Below are positions 29,495-40,285 of a stretch of DNA of 64,000 bases, piece by piece. Source of the stretch: an uncultured Staphylococcus sp. (GTDB lineage Bacteria; Bacteroidota; Bacteroidia; Bacteroidales; Muribaculaceae); the NCBI GenBank assembly GCA_964488595.1, contig CAZAWC010000001.1, forward strand, positions 9,958 through 73,957, in the 5' to 3' direction. Every line of letters starts with the position of its first letter. Within the stretch, counting starts at the first letter, position 1. The translations under genes and the position numbers were made by a program. The notes below the pieces were generated by a model. It searched no databases and had not been told where the DNA came from. It saw nothing but the letters and a program-made list of their open reading frames with translations.

Positions 29495-30922
29495 TCACAT
29501 CTCGGCATTGACCACCGAGTTGGACAGGTCGAGCAGCAGCGCACGGTCTCTCTCGGACGCGGCCTCGAGGCGCATTATCTCGTCGGCCACCGAGCGGTTG
29601 CCCCCGGCATACTCGGCGCGCAGGGATTGGAGTTTACGCACCGTAGCCTCATGGTCGGCGAGGGCCTTGCGATATTCGGTCATGGCATTTCGGGCCAGAT
29701 TGGAGCGCAGATCGCTGACGCGGCGCACTATGCGGCCGTCAGGGAGCGCAAACGCAAACTCGTCGGCCGTGCGGCTGTCCGAGGCACCGAAGTCGGCCGA
29801 GGCGATGCGGCGCAGCAGACGCGAGTGGTCGGCGCCCGGCTCGAGAGTGGCGGCTATCGAGGCCACACGGGCATATGAGGTGAGGTCAGGTGTATCCACG
29901 GGATAGTTGACACGAATCTCGGAGGGGATGAAGGTGTAGACCGTCACCGAGTCCGTCAGACGGTTGCGGTCGGTGGCCCACCACCCGGTGCCTGTCTCCT
30001 CGTCGATGGCATAGAGATAGTCGTTGAAGGGCGAGTTGAACGGCATGCCGATATTCGACGGCTGCAGGAAGCCGTCATCGTCGCGGCGGGTGATGAAGAT
30101 GTCGAGCCCCCCGAGGCTCTCGGCGCCATCCGCTCCGAAATAGAGGGTCACACCGTCATTCATCAGGAACGGGGCCGTGAGCCACTGCCCCTCGGTGGTG
30201 CCGAAGATGGAGGCATAGTCGAACAGCGGCACAGGGTCGTCCCACGTGCCGTCGGCCAGCCTGACAGATTCATATATCCGGGCGTTGCCGTTGGCATCGG
30301 CACCGGTCCACACCACCTCGTCGCCACTCTCGGTGACATAAGCCGGGGCCGAAATGTCGGCCAGACCCAAGCCTGCGAGTCCGGCGGGGCCGATTATCTT
30401 GTTGACGACATCATCGCCCGTGAGGTGTCCGGCACTGCGGGCCAGTCTCACGAACTCGAAAAATCTGTCGGCAGGGACATTGATGCTGTCGATGATCTGC
30501 ACCTTCTCCACGCGGTCGAGCATGGAGGCCCCGAGCTCTATGCGCGAGCCGAGATAGTCGGTCCAGTCCATCGGGTCGTCATCGGGCCTGTAGCTGAAAT
30601 CCATGTCGGCAGCCGCCTCAGCCTTGGTGCGCTTGGCGAGATAGCGGTCGAGATATTCCCCGGCCTGCGCGAAGTCATAGAGATAGAAGGCGGCCTCGGC
30701 AGCCCCGAGATTGCCGGCATTGTCCGCCTTGAGATAGTATGTGATGGCCTCCTTATATCGGCCTGCATCCTTGAGAGCATCGCCCGCCTCACGCTGCAGC
30801 TGGCGGTTGCGCGGAGCAGCCTTGGCGGCCTCCACGGCCTCATCGGCCGTATCCGCCACCGCCACCGACGGGATGGCGAGTGAGCAGAGCAGAGCGAGCG
30901 GTAACAGAGTGTTGAGTTTCAT
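29495..30922 (-). CDS. Periplasmic TPR plus WD40-like (PD40) beta-propeller protein
   Basis: Signal peptide, helical TPR-like N-terminus, DGVTLYF...SLGGLDIF, NIGMPFNSPFND, and a C-terminal coiled coil. Confidence 0.7.
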   Translation of the reverse strand: MKLNTLLPLALLCSLAIPSVAVADTADEAVEAAKAAPRNRQLQREAGDALKDAGRYKEAITYYLKADNAGNLGAAEAAFYLYDFAQAGEYLDRYLAKRTKAEAAADMDFSYRPDDDPMDWTDYLGSRIELGASMLDRVEKVQIIDSINVPADRFFEFVRLARSAGHLTGDDVVNKIIGPAGLAGLGLADISAPAYVTESGDEVVWTGADANGNARIYESVRLADGTWDDPVPLFDYASIFGTTEGQWLTAPFLMNDGVTLYFGADGAESLGGLDIFITRRDDDGFLQPSNIGMPFNSPFNDYLYAIDEETGTGWWATDRNRLTDSVTVYTFIPSEIRVNYPVDTPDLTSYARVASIAATLEPGADHSRLLRRIASADFGASDSRTADEFAFALPDGRIVRRVSDLRSNLARNAMTEYRKALADHEATVRKLQSLRAEYAGGNRSVADEIMRLEAASERDRALLLDLSNSVVNAEM

Positions 30923-32382
30923 TTCTTGTCTTTCAGAGCTTGATTCATGGCAGCTGCCGCACGCCGGCCGTCGCCCATGGCGAGGATCACCGTGGCGCCT
31001 CCACGCACTATATCGCCCCCGGCATAGAGGCCGGGCACGGAGGAGAGGAGGGTGTCGCCGTCGACAGCAATGGTGCCGCGCCGGGTGACATCAAGATTTT
31101 TAAACGAATTGGGTATGAGAGGGTTGGGCGACACGCCGACACTGACTATCACCATGTCGACCGGGATCTCGTCCACAGTGCCCTCTATGGGCACCGGCGA
31201 GCGACGGCCCGACTCGTCGGGCTCGCCCAGCTGCATGCGCTGGATCTTCATGGCACGCACGCGGCCCGTCTCGTCCGCAAGATACTCCACAGGATTGGCG
31301 AGCGTCACAAACTCCACCCCCTCATCCTTGGCATGTGCCACCTCCTCGAGGCGCGCAGGCATCTCGGCCTCGCTGCGGCGATAGACAATCATGGCCCTCT
31401 CCGCACCCTGACGGCGGGCGGTGCGCACGGAGTCCATGGCAGTGTTGCCACCGCCGATCACGGCGACATTGTGGCCCTTCAGCACCGGGGTGTCCTCGCC
31501 GGGTCGAGAGGCCCCCATGAGGTTGATGCGGGTGAGGTATTCGTTGCTCGACATCACGCCTATATAGTTCTCGCCGGGTATACCCATGAACCTCGGGAGT
31601 CCTGCACCCGAGCCAACGAAGATACCGGCATAACCCATATCGCGGAGATCTTCGTAAGAGAGGGTCTTGCCGATGACGCAGTCCTTGACAAACTCCACCC
31701 CGGCACTGCGCAGGGATTCGATCTCGGCCTCGACCACCGAATTGGGCAGACGGAATTCGGGGATGCCGTATTTGAGCACACCCCCTATCTCATGGAGCGC
31801 CTCGTAGACGGTGACACTATAGCCATAGGCAGCCATCTGTCCGGCAAATGAGAGTCCGGCGGGGCCCGAGCCGACCACGGCGATCTTCTCGCCGGCGGGG
31901 TGTGTCACGGGTGCCTCGGTGGCGGCATGGCTCATGCGGTCGAAGTCTGCAGCGAAACGCTCCAGATAGCCTATGGCCACCGGGGGCTTGGACATGCGGT
32001 TGTAGACACATCGGCTCTCACACTGTTTCTCCTGCGGGCAGACACGCCCGCACACGGCGGGGAGAGCCGAGGTGAGACGGAGCACGGCGGCAGCCTCGGC
32101 AAAGGCTCCGCGCTCGATATTCTTGACAAACGCAGGTATCTCGATCTGCACCGGACATCCCTGCATGCACTGAGGGTCGGGGCAGTCGAGACATCGGCGC
32201 GCCTCGAGCACGGCCTGATCGGCCGACAGTCCGAGATTCACCTCGTCACTGCATGTCACACGATAGTCGGCGGGGAGCTGCGGCATCACAGCACGTGGGA
32301 TGGCTGTGCGCCGGCGCACCGTCATCTCTCTGCGCAGGGCGTCGCGCCACGGTGTGTTGCGGTCAGTATCGGGTCGTTTCAT
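30919..32382 (-). CDS. NfnB/SudA-type (GltD-like) electron-bifurcating transhydrogenase large subunit
   Basis: RCLDC...CMQGCPV, CGRVCPQEKQCE, GSGPAG, YGIPEFRLP, GGGNTAMD and GGDIVRGGATVILAMGDG motifs. Confidence 0.9.
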   Translation of the reverse strand: MKRPDTDRNTPWRDALRREMTVRRRTAIPRAVMPQLPADYRVTCSDEVNLGLSADQAVLEARRCLDCPDPQCMQGCPVQIEIPAFVKNIERGAFAEAAAVLRLTSALPAVCGRVCPQEKQCESRCVYNRMSKPPVAIGYLERFAADFDRMSHAATEAPVTHPAGEKIAVVGSGPAGLSFAGQMAAYGYSVTVYEALHEIGGVLKYGIPEFRLPNSVVEAEIESLRSAGVEFVKDCVIGKTLSYEDLRDMGYAGIFVGSGAGLPRFMGIPGENYIGVMSSNEYLTRINLMGASRPGEDTPVLKGHNVAVIGGGNTAMDSVRTARRQGAERAMIVYRRSEAEMPARLEEVAHAKDEGVEFVTLANPVEYLADETGRVRAMKIQRMQLGEPDESGRRSPVPIEGTVDEIPVDMVIVSVGVSPNPLIPNSFKNLDVTRRGTIAVDGDTLLSSVPGLYAGGDIVRGGATVILAMGDGRRAAAAMNQALKDKK

Positions 32383-33173
32383 TTCCGGGGTTTGTCATAG
32401 GTTTTGAGTCTCATTATCATCTCGTCAAAGTCCACCTTGTGGGCGTCGAACTCAGGGCCGTCCACACACACGAAGCGGGTCTTGCCGTCGACCGTCACAC
32501 GACAGGCTCCGCACATGCCGGTGCCGTCGACCATGATGGTGTTGAGCGAGACGGTGGTGGGGATGCCGTGGCGCTTGGTGGCAAGCGCGGTAAACTTCAT
32601 CATCACCGCAGGGCCGATGGCCACCACCTCGTCGACCTTCTCACGGGCTATGACACTCTCCAGCCCGTCGGTCACGAGCCCCTTGCGCCCTTTCGAGCCG
32701 TCGTCGGTCATCACGATAACCTCGTCGCTCCACTCGGCCACCTCACGCTCGAGAATCACGAGCGAGGCGGTGCGGGCGGCAAGAATGGATATCACCCTGT
32801 TGCCGGCCTGCTTCATGGCCTTGATGATGGGGAGCAGCGGGGCCACACCCACACCACCGCCGCAGCACACCACTGTGCCCGCGCGGGTGATGCGTGTGGC
32901 CTGTCCGAGGGGGCCCACAATGTCGGTAAAGCTGTCGCCCGGCTCGAGGGCATTTATCTTGGCGGTCGACTCACCCACTTTCTGCACCACGAGGGTGATG
33001 GTGCCACTCGCGGGGTCGGCATCGGCTATGGTGAGGGGAATGCGCTCGCCCCCCTCGCCGGTGCGGACTATGACGAAATGTCCGGCCTTGCGGGCACGGG
33101 CTATGAGCGGTGCTTCCACCACAAACTTCACCACATTGTCCGAGAAATGCTCTTTTGAGACAATCTTGTTCAT
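32379..33173 (-). CDS. NfnA/SudB-type FAD/NAD, [2Fe-2S] small subunit
   Basis: GERIPLTIA, GPLG, GGGVG, MVDGTGMCGACRV and CVDGPEF motifs. TATATTTG box at 33224-33217. Confidence 0.9.
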   Translation of the reverse strand: MNKIVSKEHFSDNVVKFVVEAPLIARARKAGHFVIVRTGEGGERIPLTIADADPASGTITLVVQKVGESTAKINALEPGDSFTDIVGPLGQATRITRAGTVVCCGGGVGVAPLLPIIKAMKQAGNRVISILAARTASLVILEREVAEWSDEVIVMTDDGSKGRKGLVTDGLESVIAREKVDEVVAIGPAVMMKFTALATKRHGIPTTVSLNTIMVDGTGMCGACRVTVDGKTRFVCVDGPEFDAHKVDFDEMIMRLKTYDKPRK

Positions 33174-33275
33174 ATATTCAGAGTTGCCATGCTGTGCACA
33201 TGGGATTAAGATTGCACAAATATAAGCCTTTTCCCCCTAATTTGCAAGTATTATGCACCGAGCGGGAGGGATGAT

Positions 33276-35234
33276 TTATTTCTTCGCCCCCGATGCGGTC
33301 ACATTGTCGGCCTTCATGCGCTGCATGAAGCTCTGTATCACAGCCTTCATCTCGTCATACATCTCATCCTCGCCTGCCAGCTTACCCTTGAGGTTGTTCT
33401 TGAGCAGCTTGTCATGGCGATAGTCATAGATCTCCGTCACCTCCTTGCCGTCGGAGCGCATCACATAGTCGCCCTTGAAATACTGCGGGAAGAAGTCCCA
33501 GTTGAAGGCCCAAGTGTCGTCGGCGGGCGTGTTGAACAGGTCTTTGCCGAATGCCACATACGGGCGGTCGTAGCCCAGATAGTTGAGGAGCGTAGGCATG
33601 ATGTCGATCTGCTGCGCTATGCCGGGACGCTTGCCGCGGGGCAGTTCGCCCGAGGGGTCGAAGAAGATTATGGGGACACGGAATCCGCCCACTTCGCCGA
33701 AGTATTCCTCGTGGGTGCGCTTGGAGCTGGCATGATCGGCCGTTATCACGAATATTGTGTTCTCAAACCATGGCTGGCGTGATGCCGTCTCAAAAAAGCG
33801 CCGCAGCGAGAAGTCGGCATAGCGGATACACTTGTGGAGCTTGTGGAGCCCCTCGTCGACAAAAACATCCTTATACTTGTCGGGGACGTTGAACGGATGG
33901 TGTGACGACAGCGTGAACACACTCGCCGTGAACGGCTGAGGCATCTCGCTGAGGGTGGCGCAGAAGAACTGGAGAAACGGCTCGTCCCATATGCCCCACT
34001 TGCCGTCAAACTCCTTCATGCCTCCGAACCGCGGGTCGGCCACAAACTCGTCCTTGCCATAATACTTCTCAAAGCCTATCGAACGCACAAAGGCGTTGAA
34101 TCCCAGCGACTCATTGTCTGCTCCGTGGAAGAAGGCGGTGTGATAGCCCATATTGCGGGTCTCGGTGGCGATGGAGTTGAGATGATTGAGCGAGTAGGGC
34201 GACAGCACGAACGGACGCTCCATGCGCGGGATGGAGGCGAGGATGGCCGGAGGGGCATCAATGGAGAAACCCGTGTTGGCAAACGACTGGTCGAAATATG
34301 TGCTCACCGTGAGGAGCGAGTCGGTGAATGGAGTATAGCCCTTGTATGTGCCGTTGTCGAGATGGCGGTTGAGGCCGCCAACAAACTCCTGAGCGAAACT
34401 CTCGACTATAAAGATGACAATGTTCTTCCTCCGGGCTACGAGCGAGTCGGAGGGCTGGTGGAGCGGGGTGTAGAGGGCGTCGAGACGGGCCGGGTCGGTG
34501 AAATAGACCGGGATCTCGCGGGCCATCTGATTGACGGTGCGTATCAGAGAGAAGGGTGTGTTGAGGACGATGCCTGTCTGCAGAGGGTCGTTGACATACT
34601 TGTGGGCATAGCTCACGGCGATGGGGCGCGTGGCCGAGAAGAATGTGTTGCCCCTCATGCCAAAGATGGTGATGGGAATGAACAGCAGCAGCGACACTCC
34701 GTTGGTGAGATAATAGCCGCGCGCACTCTGCCTGCCGACGCATGGCCGGCGGTAGCCTGTCCAGAGAAAGACGCCCATGGCTATGAGCAACAGCACGAGA
34801 TACCAGTGAGACACGAGCTCGGTGCCTATGATGCCGCCGAGATTGTCCTCGCCCTTGAACTCCTCAAAGACCGCCATCGAGGTGCGGTGTTTGCGAAACT
34901 CGAAGAAAACCGTGTCGCCAAGATTGAGCAGCATGCACAGGGTGTTGACTATGACATAGATCCACTTGGTGGTGAGCCAATACCATGGCCGCTCCTTGAG
35001 GCGGAGAGGCAGCAGGTAGAGGAGGATGAAAAGGGCATTGGTATAGAAGATGGCCGAGGTGTCGAATTTCAGTCCGCCTGCAAATATGCGCAGCAGGGTG
35101 TGGCCGTCGAGCCCGGCGGCAAACAGAGTCCAATTCTCGGCTAAGAACACGATGCGGCAGATCATGTAGCAGACATAGACCCACAACAGGTTGATCAGCA
35201 GGCGCACGGGGTTGGAAGTGAGTATTCTGTTCAT
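33276..35234 (-). CDS. LTA synthase family / sulfatase-fold membrane phosphotransferase
   Basis: N-terminal TMs, then NIVIFIVESF, TLSSHHPF, TADH and QQIDIMPT. Confidence 0.88.
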   Translation of the reverse strand: MNRILTSNPVRLLINLLWVYVCYMICRIVFLAENWTLFAAGLDGHTLLRIFAGGLKFDTSAIFYTNALFILLYLLPLRLKERPWYWLTTKWIYVIVNTLCMLLNLGDTVFFEFRKHRTSMAVFEEFKGEDNLGGIIGTELVSHWYLVLLLIAMGVFLWTGYRRPCVGRQSARGYYLTNGVSLLLFIPITIFGMRGNTFFSATRPIAVSYAHKYVNDPLQTGIVLNTPFSLIRTVNQMAREIPVYFTDPARLDALYTPLHQPSDSLVARRKNIVIFIVESFAQEFVGGLNRHLDNGTYKGYTPFTDSLLTVSTYFDQSFANTGFSIDAPPAILASIPRMERPFVLSPYSLNHLNSIATETRNMGYHTAFFHGADNESLGFNAFVRSIGFEKYYGKDEFVADPRFGGMKEFDGKWGIWDEPFLQFFCATLSEMPQPFTASVFTLSSHHPFNVPDKYKDVFVDEGLHKLHKCIRYADFSLRRFFETASRQPWFENTIFVITADHASSKRTHEEYFGEVGGFRVPIIFFDPSGELPRGKRPGIAQQIDIMPTLLNYLGYDRPYVAFGKDLFNTPADDTWAFNWDFFPQYFKGDYVMRSDGKEVTEIYDYRHDKLLKNNLKGKLAGEDEMYDEMKAVIQSFMQRMKADNVTASGAKK

Positions 35235-35280
35235 AAAGGACGGAGATTGATCTTATTTTTCAGAAAAATGATATTGATCC

Positions 35281-37121
35281 TCACCTGCGGCTGAGGTCGG
35301 CGTAGAGGGTCTGGAGCAGCGCGCGTCCGCGACGCTCGCGCTCGGGGTCGGCGCCCTCCACGGCCCGGTCGGACACATTGTCCACTATGGTGCAACCGCG
35401 GGGGTCGATATACATAAACCCGTTGTTGTATGTGTGAAACGCAAACGGCTGCGTGTAGGTAGGGGCGAGAATATCGCGGCTGAAGGGGAAGTCGTCATGC
35501 TCCAGCCCCATCTGGCCGAGTATCACGGCCGGGAGGTCGGTCTGACTCATGAGGGTGTCTATGCGTCGTCCCCCTTCCACGGCCCCGCCGGCAAGGACCA
35601 CGGGGATATGGGCATAGCTGCGGCGGTCGACGGGGAGCGTGGGGCATTGTAGCCGTGATCGGCCACCACCACGATCAGCAGGTCGCGCCATGCGGGGGTA
35701 GTCTTGAGCCGCTCCACAAACCGCCCGAGGGCGTCGTCGACATAGGCAAACGAATTGTCCACCTCATTCTCGAGGCGGCTGTATGGCACTTTGAATGGCT
35801 CGTGCGAGCTGAGGGTCTGGAACGTAGTCATCCATCGTTCGCCCCGCTCCGTGCGGGCCATAATGTCGTCATAAAGCCAGTCAAACATCCAGCCGTCCTC
35901 TATGCCCCACTTGCCTGCGGGAGCATCGGCGGGGAGGTCTTTCTGACTCACCAGCCTGTCATGGCCCGAGGCAAGATAATAGTCAGCCTTGTGCATGATG
36001 GTGAGCTCACCGCCATGGACGGCGGTGGTGACATATCCGCACTCGTCTCGCAGACGCCTCGGGAGGGCGGGGAGATTGGGGAGCTTGCGTGTGTGGCGGA
36101 TGACAGAGGTGGTGGGCTGACCGGGATAGCCGCTCAACACGCACACCAGTCCGCGGTCGGTGCGGAAGCTGCCGGCGGTACATTCCGTAAACATCACTCC
36201 CTCGGCAGCGATCCTGTCCAGATGAGGTGTCACCCCCTTGCGCCCTCCAAGGCTCTCCACAAACTCCGCTCCGAGGCTCTCCCATATGATGAGCAGTATG
36301 TTGGGGCGATCGGTGCGCAGCAACTTCTGGGAGGGAGTGCCTGTGAGGGGAAACATCGGGCGCGTGATGCGCTCGGCCTCCTCGGGGTCGAAATAACGGA
36401 AGCGGCCCTCGAAGTCGTCCTCGCGCACAGTGAGGGAATAGAGCAGATTGTAGGCCGGATTGAGGGCCCAATGGTTGAAGAAAGGAATGTTGCTGTAGTA
36501 GACCACGCTCGGATTATTGGGCCTGATCTTGAGGCCGCGGGTGATGAGAAACAGCCCCGCGATAATGACCACCGCAGCCACCGGTGCCACTACCCTCACC
36601 CCGAGGGGGGGAGTCGTGGTGCCGAACAGAGGGACACACACCGCCACCGCCCACTGAGCGCCGGCATAATAGAGCGCCGAGAACAGTAGGATAACGACCG
36701 CAGCCCCAAACAGATAGAGCCCTGAGACGGACGCAAAGGCTCCCTTGGGCGACTTGAGATAGACAAACGCCGAGGTGTCGAGCTTATACTGCCAGTATCG
36801 GTAGAGCACGGCGTCGGCCACCGTGATGAGGCCGACGGACAGGGCCACGACAACATTATATCCCGTCATGACCGCCGTCAGCGGCATTCCGGTCCACTCG
36901 GTGCGCACCGTCGCCGCGACCACGGGAATGGCCGTGAGATAGGCGGCTATTATGAAGTCTGAGATTATGCCGTGGGAATAGACATCGCGCAGATCACGCA
37001 GAGTGATGCTGCGGCTCACACACTGATGGTTGAGCAGCACGAAGAGGGTCTTCTGTATGATGGCGAAATAGGCCGTGCTCCAGACGAAACAGGCCACCGT
37101 CAGAAGCAACAGTCCGCTCAT
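35281..37121 (-). pseudogene. LTA synthase family protein with a 1-nt frameshift near 35641-35644
   Basis: ORF 35559-37121 has NILLIIWES, TDRGL, TLSSHEPF and VADHG. The conserved C-terminus (HIPVVLAGG, QTDLPAVIL, FPFSRD) continues in another frame to the stop at 35281. Confidence 0.75.
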
Positions 37122-38137
37122 ACCTTCCCCTCCTCCGCAAGTACTTCGACGACTTTATCGGCCACGCGCACGGGCGGGAGGGCGGCAAAACACTCCAGTG
37201 TGCCGAGCGGACACTCGAGCTTGCCGGCTATGGAACAAGGCTGGCAGTCGAGCCCCACACAGAGGGCATTGTCGCGCTTCTGTCCGTATCCCATGAATCC
37301 GCAGGCCGGCGTGGTGCTACCCCACAGGCTCACCACAGGGGTGCCTGTCAGCGAGGCCATGTGCTGGTTGGCGGAGTCCATGCTCACCATGACATCCATC
37401 GAGGCCATGAGGGCCAGCTCCTGCTCGAGGTCGAAGCGCCCCGCGAGGTTGTGACACAGCGGGTTGCCCGTGGTCCAGCGGGCCAGCTGCTCGGCCTCGC
37501 GTCCGCGCGCCCCGAACAGATACACATTGATGCCACGAGCGGTGAGCAGGTCGACGGTCCGCTTCATGCTCTCCTGCGGATAGGTCTTGTTGTAATATCT
37601 CGCAAACGGCGCCACACCCACTGCGGGGTGACTGACCTCGACGGGGGTAGCCGGTACACCGTCGGGAAACAGTGTGGTGAAGCGGTGGGTGATGGGGAAA
37701 CCGAGGCGGGCGAACACATCGGCATAGCGGTCGATGAAGTTGGGCTGCTCCTCCCCGTGGCGCAGCACGCGCGAACGGCCCGCGCGCATCTTGTCGACCA
37801 TAGCCACTCGGACACCTCTCAGCCTGAACCAAGCGTCGATGACCCACGAGCGGGCCACGTTGTGGAGGTCGGCCACACAGTCGGGGCGCAGCGACGAGAG
37901 GCTGCGGAGCAACCGCCACAGTCCACGTGTACCGGCATATTCCTTCTTCAGATCATATCCGTGCACCGTCACATTGGCCGGGGGATTGATGAACAGCCGG
38001 GCGCAGAAGGGGGTAGTGGCCACGTCAATATGAAGCTCGGGATATATCATGGCCAGCGAGTAGACTGCGGCCACGGACATGGCCACATCTCCGAGGGCTG
38101 AAAATCTTATAGCGAGGATCCGTGATGCTGGTTTCAT
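37118..38137 (-). CDS. GT9 (heptosyltransferase-like) glycosyltransferase
   Basis: RFSALGDVAM, DLHN, SMDSANQHMA and WGST motifs. Confidence 0.9.
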   Translation of the reverse strand: MKPASRILAIRFSALGDVAMSVAAVYSLAMIYPELHIDVATTPFCARLFINPPANVTVHGYDLKKEYAGTRGLWRLLRSLSSLRPDCVADLHNVARSWVIDAWFRLRGVRVAMVDKMRAGRSRVLRHGEEQPNFIDRYADVFARLGFPITHRFTTLFPDGVPATPVEVSHPAVGVAPFARYYNKTYPQESMKRTVDLLTARGINVYLFGARGREAEQLARWTTGNPLCHNLAGRFDLEQELALMASMDVMVSMDSANQHMASLTGTPVVSLWGSTTPACGFMGYGQKRDNALCVGLDCQPCSIAGKLECPLGTLECFAALPPVRVADKVVEVLAEEGKV

Positions 38138-39153
38138 AGCTTCTTGCTTTGATGATTGTCGTCGGGGAGCTGACCCGTAGCCTCGAAATAACGCCGGGCC
38201 GTGGCGCGGGCTATGGCTGTCTCGAGACGGCTGTCGGTGAACTGCGCCACATATCTGTGGGCGTTTTCAATGATGGCCTCGGCCTCGTCGGGATGACTGA
38301 TATAGTAATTGAGACGGTCGATGAGGTCGGTGTAGTCGGGGCGTATCTCTATGTAATGGACGCCGGGGATGAGCGTGCCCTCCATGAACCATGTCTCGTA
38401 GCGCGGACGGGGCATCACAGCGATGGAGTTTGAGGCCATGACCCACTTCAGGTTGGTGGCCACGTCATTGCCCTCGATGCAGCAGACGAATTTGTAACCG
38501 AGCTGCTCGGGGATGCTCATATATGGCTTGATGCGCTCCTCGTGGCCCGGGTCGCAGTCGGAGTTGGTCTGGCCCACATCGCACATCGGATGGCCGAGCC
38601 ACATGTCGATGAACCGCTTGCGGTGGGGCTGACGCACCACGTTGCGGCACACTATCATGTCTTTCTTCTGATGCCACTGCAGATGGTCGGGCACGAACAT
38701 GTAGTGGCGGGCGGCGTTGAGCTTGAGCACCACCGAACGGGTGTGGTAACCCTCGGGGGTGATAGGGCGGCTCTTGACAAACGACGGCACTGCAGGCTCA
38801 TCGGTGACGTCGCCAAACTCATAGGCCATCCTGAGACGGCCGGGGAAATATTTCACCACCGCATAGAGGTCGAAAAAGTAGGTGGCGAGCTTCTTCTTAC
38901 GTCCCCACGGGAAACGGTAGTCTTCTATCCTCACACTGCAGTCGTCAGGGAGCGTGGTGCCGTCAGCGAGGCGACAGTAATAACGGCTGCGGCGTTCGAT
39001 GATCTCCCTGCGGGCGGCGTCCCACCCGGCTTTCTCACTCCACCGGCATGCGAACAGCCCGCGCGGCATCATGTAGGCGAGATAGCCCCCTATGTAGCAG
39101 CGCAGTTTGCGGGCCGAGCGGCGCAGTTTGACCGTGAGACGAGACTCTTTCAT
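38134..39153 (-). CDS. GT90/LpsA-like lipopolysaccharide biosynthesis protein
   Basis: KSRPI, YKFVCCIEGNDVATNLKW and ETWFMEG motifs. Confidence 0.8.
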   Translation of the reverse strand: MKESRLTVKLRRSARKLRCYIGGYLAYMMPRGLFACRWSEKAGWDAARREIIERRSRYYCRLADGTTLPDDCSVRIEDYRFPWGRKKKLATYFFDLYAVVKYFPGRLRMAYEFGDVTDEPAVPSFVKSRPITPEGYHTRSVVLKLNAARHYMFVPDHLQWHQKKDMIVCRNVVRQPHRKRFIDMWLGHPMCDVGQTNSDCDPGHEERIKPYMSIPEQLGYKFVCCIEGNDVATNLKWVMASNSIAVMPRPRYETWFMEGTLIPGVHYIEIRPDYTDLIDRLNYYISHPDEAEAIIENAHRYVAQFTDSRLETAIARATARRYFEATGQLPDDNHQSKKL

Positions 39154-40259
39154 GGCTTATCAATACTCTTGTCGGGATTCACAGACCTGTATATCGCCAT
39201 CATCCTGTCCACAAAACGGGGATATGAGAGCTTGTCGCGGTATTCGCGCGCGGCGGCTTGGCCTATACGGACTCTCGCATCAGCGTCGTCGAGCAGACGG
39301 GCTATAGCGTCACGCAATTCATCGACCGAACCGGGAGCCACGAGGAGGCCCGTACGTCCGTTGTCGATATACTCCCGCTGAGCGCCGTTGGTGGTGGTGA
39401 TCACCGGGACACCGGCGGCCATGAACTCCATCGGGGCAAGTCCGCACGACTCCCTGACGATGGAGGGCGCAAGCCCGATGTCGGCTATGGCCTCATAGTC
39501 GCGCGGATTGCTGACAAATCCCGGGCATGTGACGCGCCCGTCAAGTCCACCCTCGCGTATCAAGGCATCGCAGCGGCGCCTGAACCTCTCGGAGCGGAAT
39601 TTGCCGGCGATGACAAGGCGCCACCGGCGATCGGTGAGGCCTGAGAGAGCCTTGAGTATCACCTCTACCCCTTTGGACTTGCGCACGCGGCCGCAGAACA
39701 TCAGCACCGGCTCGTCGCCGGAAGCTCCTATGCTCTGCCGCAGGGCCTCGAGAGCATCGGCCGATAGTTCGGGGGGCCGGGGCACACTGTTGAGCACCAC
39801 ATGACACTTCTCCGTGTCTATCCAACTGTTGGCCTCGGTGAACATGGACCCCGCGAGCTGCGACACGAAGACCCACGTATCGACCCGCCGGGCCGCGCTC
39901 CTGTTCCACAGACGCACGGAGCTGCGACGGGCTATGTGGCGCGAGAGCACCACGGCAAACGGACGGGCGGCATAGCGGCGAGCCCTCACTGCCTGAGGCA
40001 CGAACCTCAGGTCGTGGATGTGGACCACGTCGGCCCCGAGGTGGTCAGCCTCGGCGGCGAGACGGCGCGCTCCGGCCACACTCCAGCGCCACCCGAAGTC
40101 GAGCGGGGTGGCCTCCGTGCGGTCGAGCACGGCACGGCTGTCGCTGCGGCACACATAGCCCACTCTCGCCCCGCGGGCCTCGAGGGCCACGCCGAGGTCG
40201 TGGACAAACTGCTCCGCCCCACCCCACACCTTGCCCGGATAGACTTGCAGAATATTCAT
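39150..40259 (-). CDS. GT4 glycosyltransferase
   Basis: GGAEQ, GRVRKSKG and ESCGLAPMEFMAAGVPVI (EX7E) motifs. Confidence 0.9.
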   Translation of the reverse strand: MNILQVYPGKVWGGAEQFVHDLGVALEARGARVGYVCRSDSRAVLDRTEATPLDFGWRWSVAGARRLAAEADHLGADVVHIHDLRFVPQAVRARRYAARPFAVVLSRHIARRSSVRLWNRSAARRVDTWVFVSQLAGSMFTEANSWIDTEKCHVVLNSVPRPPELSADALEALRQSIGASGDEPVLMFCGRVRKSKGVEVILKALSGLTDRRWRLVIAGKFRSERFRRRCDALIREGGLDGRVTCPGFVSNPRDYEAIADIGLAPSIVRESCGLAPMEFMAAGVPVITTTNGAQREYIDNGRTGLLVAPGSVDELRDAIARLLDDADARVRIGQAAAREYRDKLSYPRFVDRMMAIYRSVNPDKSIDKP

Positions 40260-40285
40260 CGCGCTCTAAAAGGGGGGGATGGCCC

